DNA from: Glaucostegus cemiculus
Taxonomy: Eukaryota
Assembly: GCA_976551045.1 (NCBI GenBank)
Contig: CDPCPM010000103.1
Coordinates: forward strand, 21,700,001-21,764,000
Direction: 5' to 3'
DNA: 64,000 nt
Positions 62,228 through 64,000 of the stretch are shown in pieces (position 1 is the stretch's first letter; each line of letters opens with the position of its first letter). The notes under the pieces are model-generated. The model worked only from the letters and a program-made list of their open reading frames with translations. It did not search any database and was not told the DNA's origin. Made by a program: the position numbers and the translations under genes.

Positions 62228-62567
62228 GGAGAAGGTCACATGGCCCCTCAAGCCTTCCCTGCCATTCATTATCATCATAGCTGATTTGCCTCAGCTCTCA
62301 TCTCTCCTGTGCCAGTTCCCCAGAAACCTCAATTTCTTCCTTCTTAAGTACTCCCAGTGATCTAGCCTACATGAGAGAGAATTCCAGATATTCAGCATCA
62401 TCCACAAGAAGTTCCCACACTCCTCGGTTTTAAGTGACCGCTCCCTAATGTCCTGTCATTCGAGCTTCTCCACACTAGCAGAAGCATCTCGACATCTACC
62501 CTGTCATGTCCTCCAGAATCTTGCGTGTTTCAGTATTGTCACCCTCTTTTTTCTTTACTCCAAAACT

Positions 62568-62747
62568 CTGGCACAGTTAGCAGAACCACTGCCTCACAGC
62601 ACCAGAGACTCGAGTTCATTCCTGGCTTCAAGTACTGTCTCTGTGGAGTTTGCACGTTCTTTCTCTAACCACGTGGGTTTCCTCTGGGTGCTCCAGATTC
62701 CTCCAACATCCCAAAGGTGTGCAGGTGTAAATTGTTGTAAATTGCCA
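62568..62747 (+). mobile_element. HE1-like V-SINE, partial
   Basis: ctgcctcacagcaccagagactcgagttcattcc...gtggagtttgcacgttct. Confidence 0.8.
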
Positions 62748-63263
62748 GAGGGTCGTAGTTATCTGAAATGAGCTGCCAGAAGAGGTGGTAGAGGCAGATA
62801 CCATTACAAAAGGCATTTTGACAGGTACTTAGATAGGAAAGGAGTCAAGTGATATGGACCTAATGTAGGCAAATAGAATTAGTGTAGGCAGGCACAGTAG
62901 TGTAGGGGCAGGCACAGTAGTGTAGCAGTTAGCGTAACGCTTTACAGTACTAGTGAGCCAGGTTCAAATCTGGCCACTGTCTGTAAGGAGTTTGTACATT
63001 CTCCCCATGCCTGTGTGGGTTTCCTCCGGGTGATCCGGTTTCCTCCCACATTCCAAAGACGTATGGGTTGGGAAGTTGTGGGCATGCTATGTTGGTGCCA
63101 GAGGTGTGGTGACACTTGCGGGTTGCCCCCAGAACATTCTATGCAAAAAATGCATTTCACTGTGTTTCAATGTACATGTAACTAATAAAGATACCTTATG
63201 GTTAGCATGGACAAGGTGGGCCATAAGGGTTCATTCTGGTGTTGTATGATTCTACAATTCTAT
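62748..63263 (+). mobile_element. CR1 3' end interrupted by V-SINE A
   Basis: atgagctgccagaagaggtggtagaggcagatac...agcatggacaaggtgggcc...atgattctacaattcta. Confidence 0.75.
62907..63199 (+). mobile_element. V-SINE family A, full length
   Basis: ggcaggcacagtagtgtagcagttagcgtaacgc...actaataaagataccttat. Confidence 0.9.
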
Positions 63264-63319
63264 TTCATTGGGTTGGGTACTAGTTCTGCCTTCTGTAACT
63301 TATTGTCACCCCACCCCAG

Positions 63320-64000
63320 TTTCAGAATCAGAATCAGTTTTATTGTCACAACCATATACATACATGGTACGCATAGGAGCGAGATACCGTCCTCCTCAGG
63401 TGCTCGTCCCATAAAAAAAAGAATAACATAACAACCAACAGAGAGACACATACACACTCGGCAGAATACACAGTACAAAACATTACACATTAGAAGCTAT
63501 GGAGATTGAAATTGAATTATTGCGCAGATTAAATTAAAAAATGGCCAGTAAATAAATAAATAGTTCTTAAAGTGAACGGGCTGGTGTCGGGCATCTAAAG
63601 TGCTGGTGCATTTCTGTACACCTAGCATCTCTTAGTGTTAACAAAGGAAGATGGAGGGATGAGAGAGTTTGCAGTTCTGATGGTTTGCGGAAAGAAGCTA
63701 TTGTTCAGCCTGGACGTTCTTGCCCTGATACATTTAAGCCTCCTCCCTGATGGCAAAATTGTGAAGAGGTGGTGGGAGGGGTGAGAAGGGTCGGCCATTA
63801 TGCTTTTGGTCTTCCTCACACAACGGTCTTTGTATATGTCTGCAAGGGATGGAAGCGAGCCACCTATGATCCACTCCGCAGCCTTAACTATCTTCTGGAG
63901 GGACTTCCGCCCAGCAGCTGAGCAGCTTCCAAACCAAACAGAGATACATTGAGTTAGGATGCTCTCAATGGTCCCCCTGTAGAAGGATTTCATGACTGAG
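63320..64000 (-). mobile_element. Rex1/Babar-like LINE 3' part, young, runs off window
   Basis: ORF 63622-63993 FYRGTIESILTQCISVWFGSC..DPSHPSHHLFTILPSGRR..NSFFPQTIR; (ctgatt)n tail. Confidence 0.92.

Noticed and set aside
1-64000. ORF-track entries as host genes
   Set aside because: Recognisable ORFs are CR1, Rex1, RTE or Gypsy remnants, antisense shadows of them, or SINE read-throughs; the rest are short with no motif or exon chain

Overview
Gene-poor, AT-rich, repeat-dense vertebrate DNA. The repeat content (CR1/HER1-type LINEs, HE1-type V-SINEs, Rex1/Babar, RTE, L2 and Penelope-derived short repeats) points to an elasmobranch (shark or ray) intron or intergenic region; this is inferred from repeat families only. 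I found no host protein-coding exon, rRNA or tRNA gene that I can support, and every ORF I can recognise is a retroelement remnant. Most notable: (1) about a dozen short Penelope-derived repeats carry decayed minimal hammerhead-ribozyme motifs, several have 10-16 bp target duplications, one folds back exactly at the helix-III ACGT palindrome, and a GIY-YIG remnant in the window links them to Penelope. (2) A V-SINE family has a Rex1-like 3' tail instead of the HE1/CR1 tail. (3) A 434-bp solo LTR with a CTAAT TSD sits in a multilayer nested insertion. (4) One CR1 has its ORF1 esterase end fused to mid-RT. (5) A ~220-bp unique segment is duplicated and ends in a pre-miRNA-like hairpin. (6) Several unique stretches look like conserved non-coding elements. 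Family names come from recalled motifs, not database searches. Boundaries of decayed repeats are approximate.
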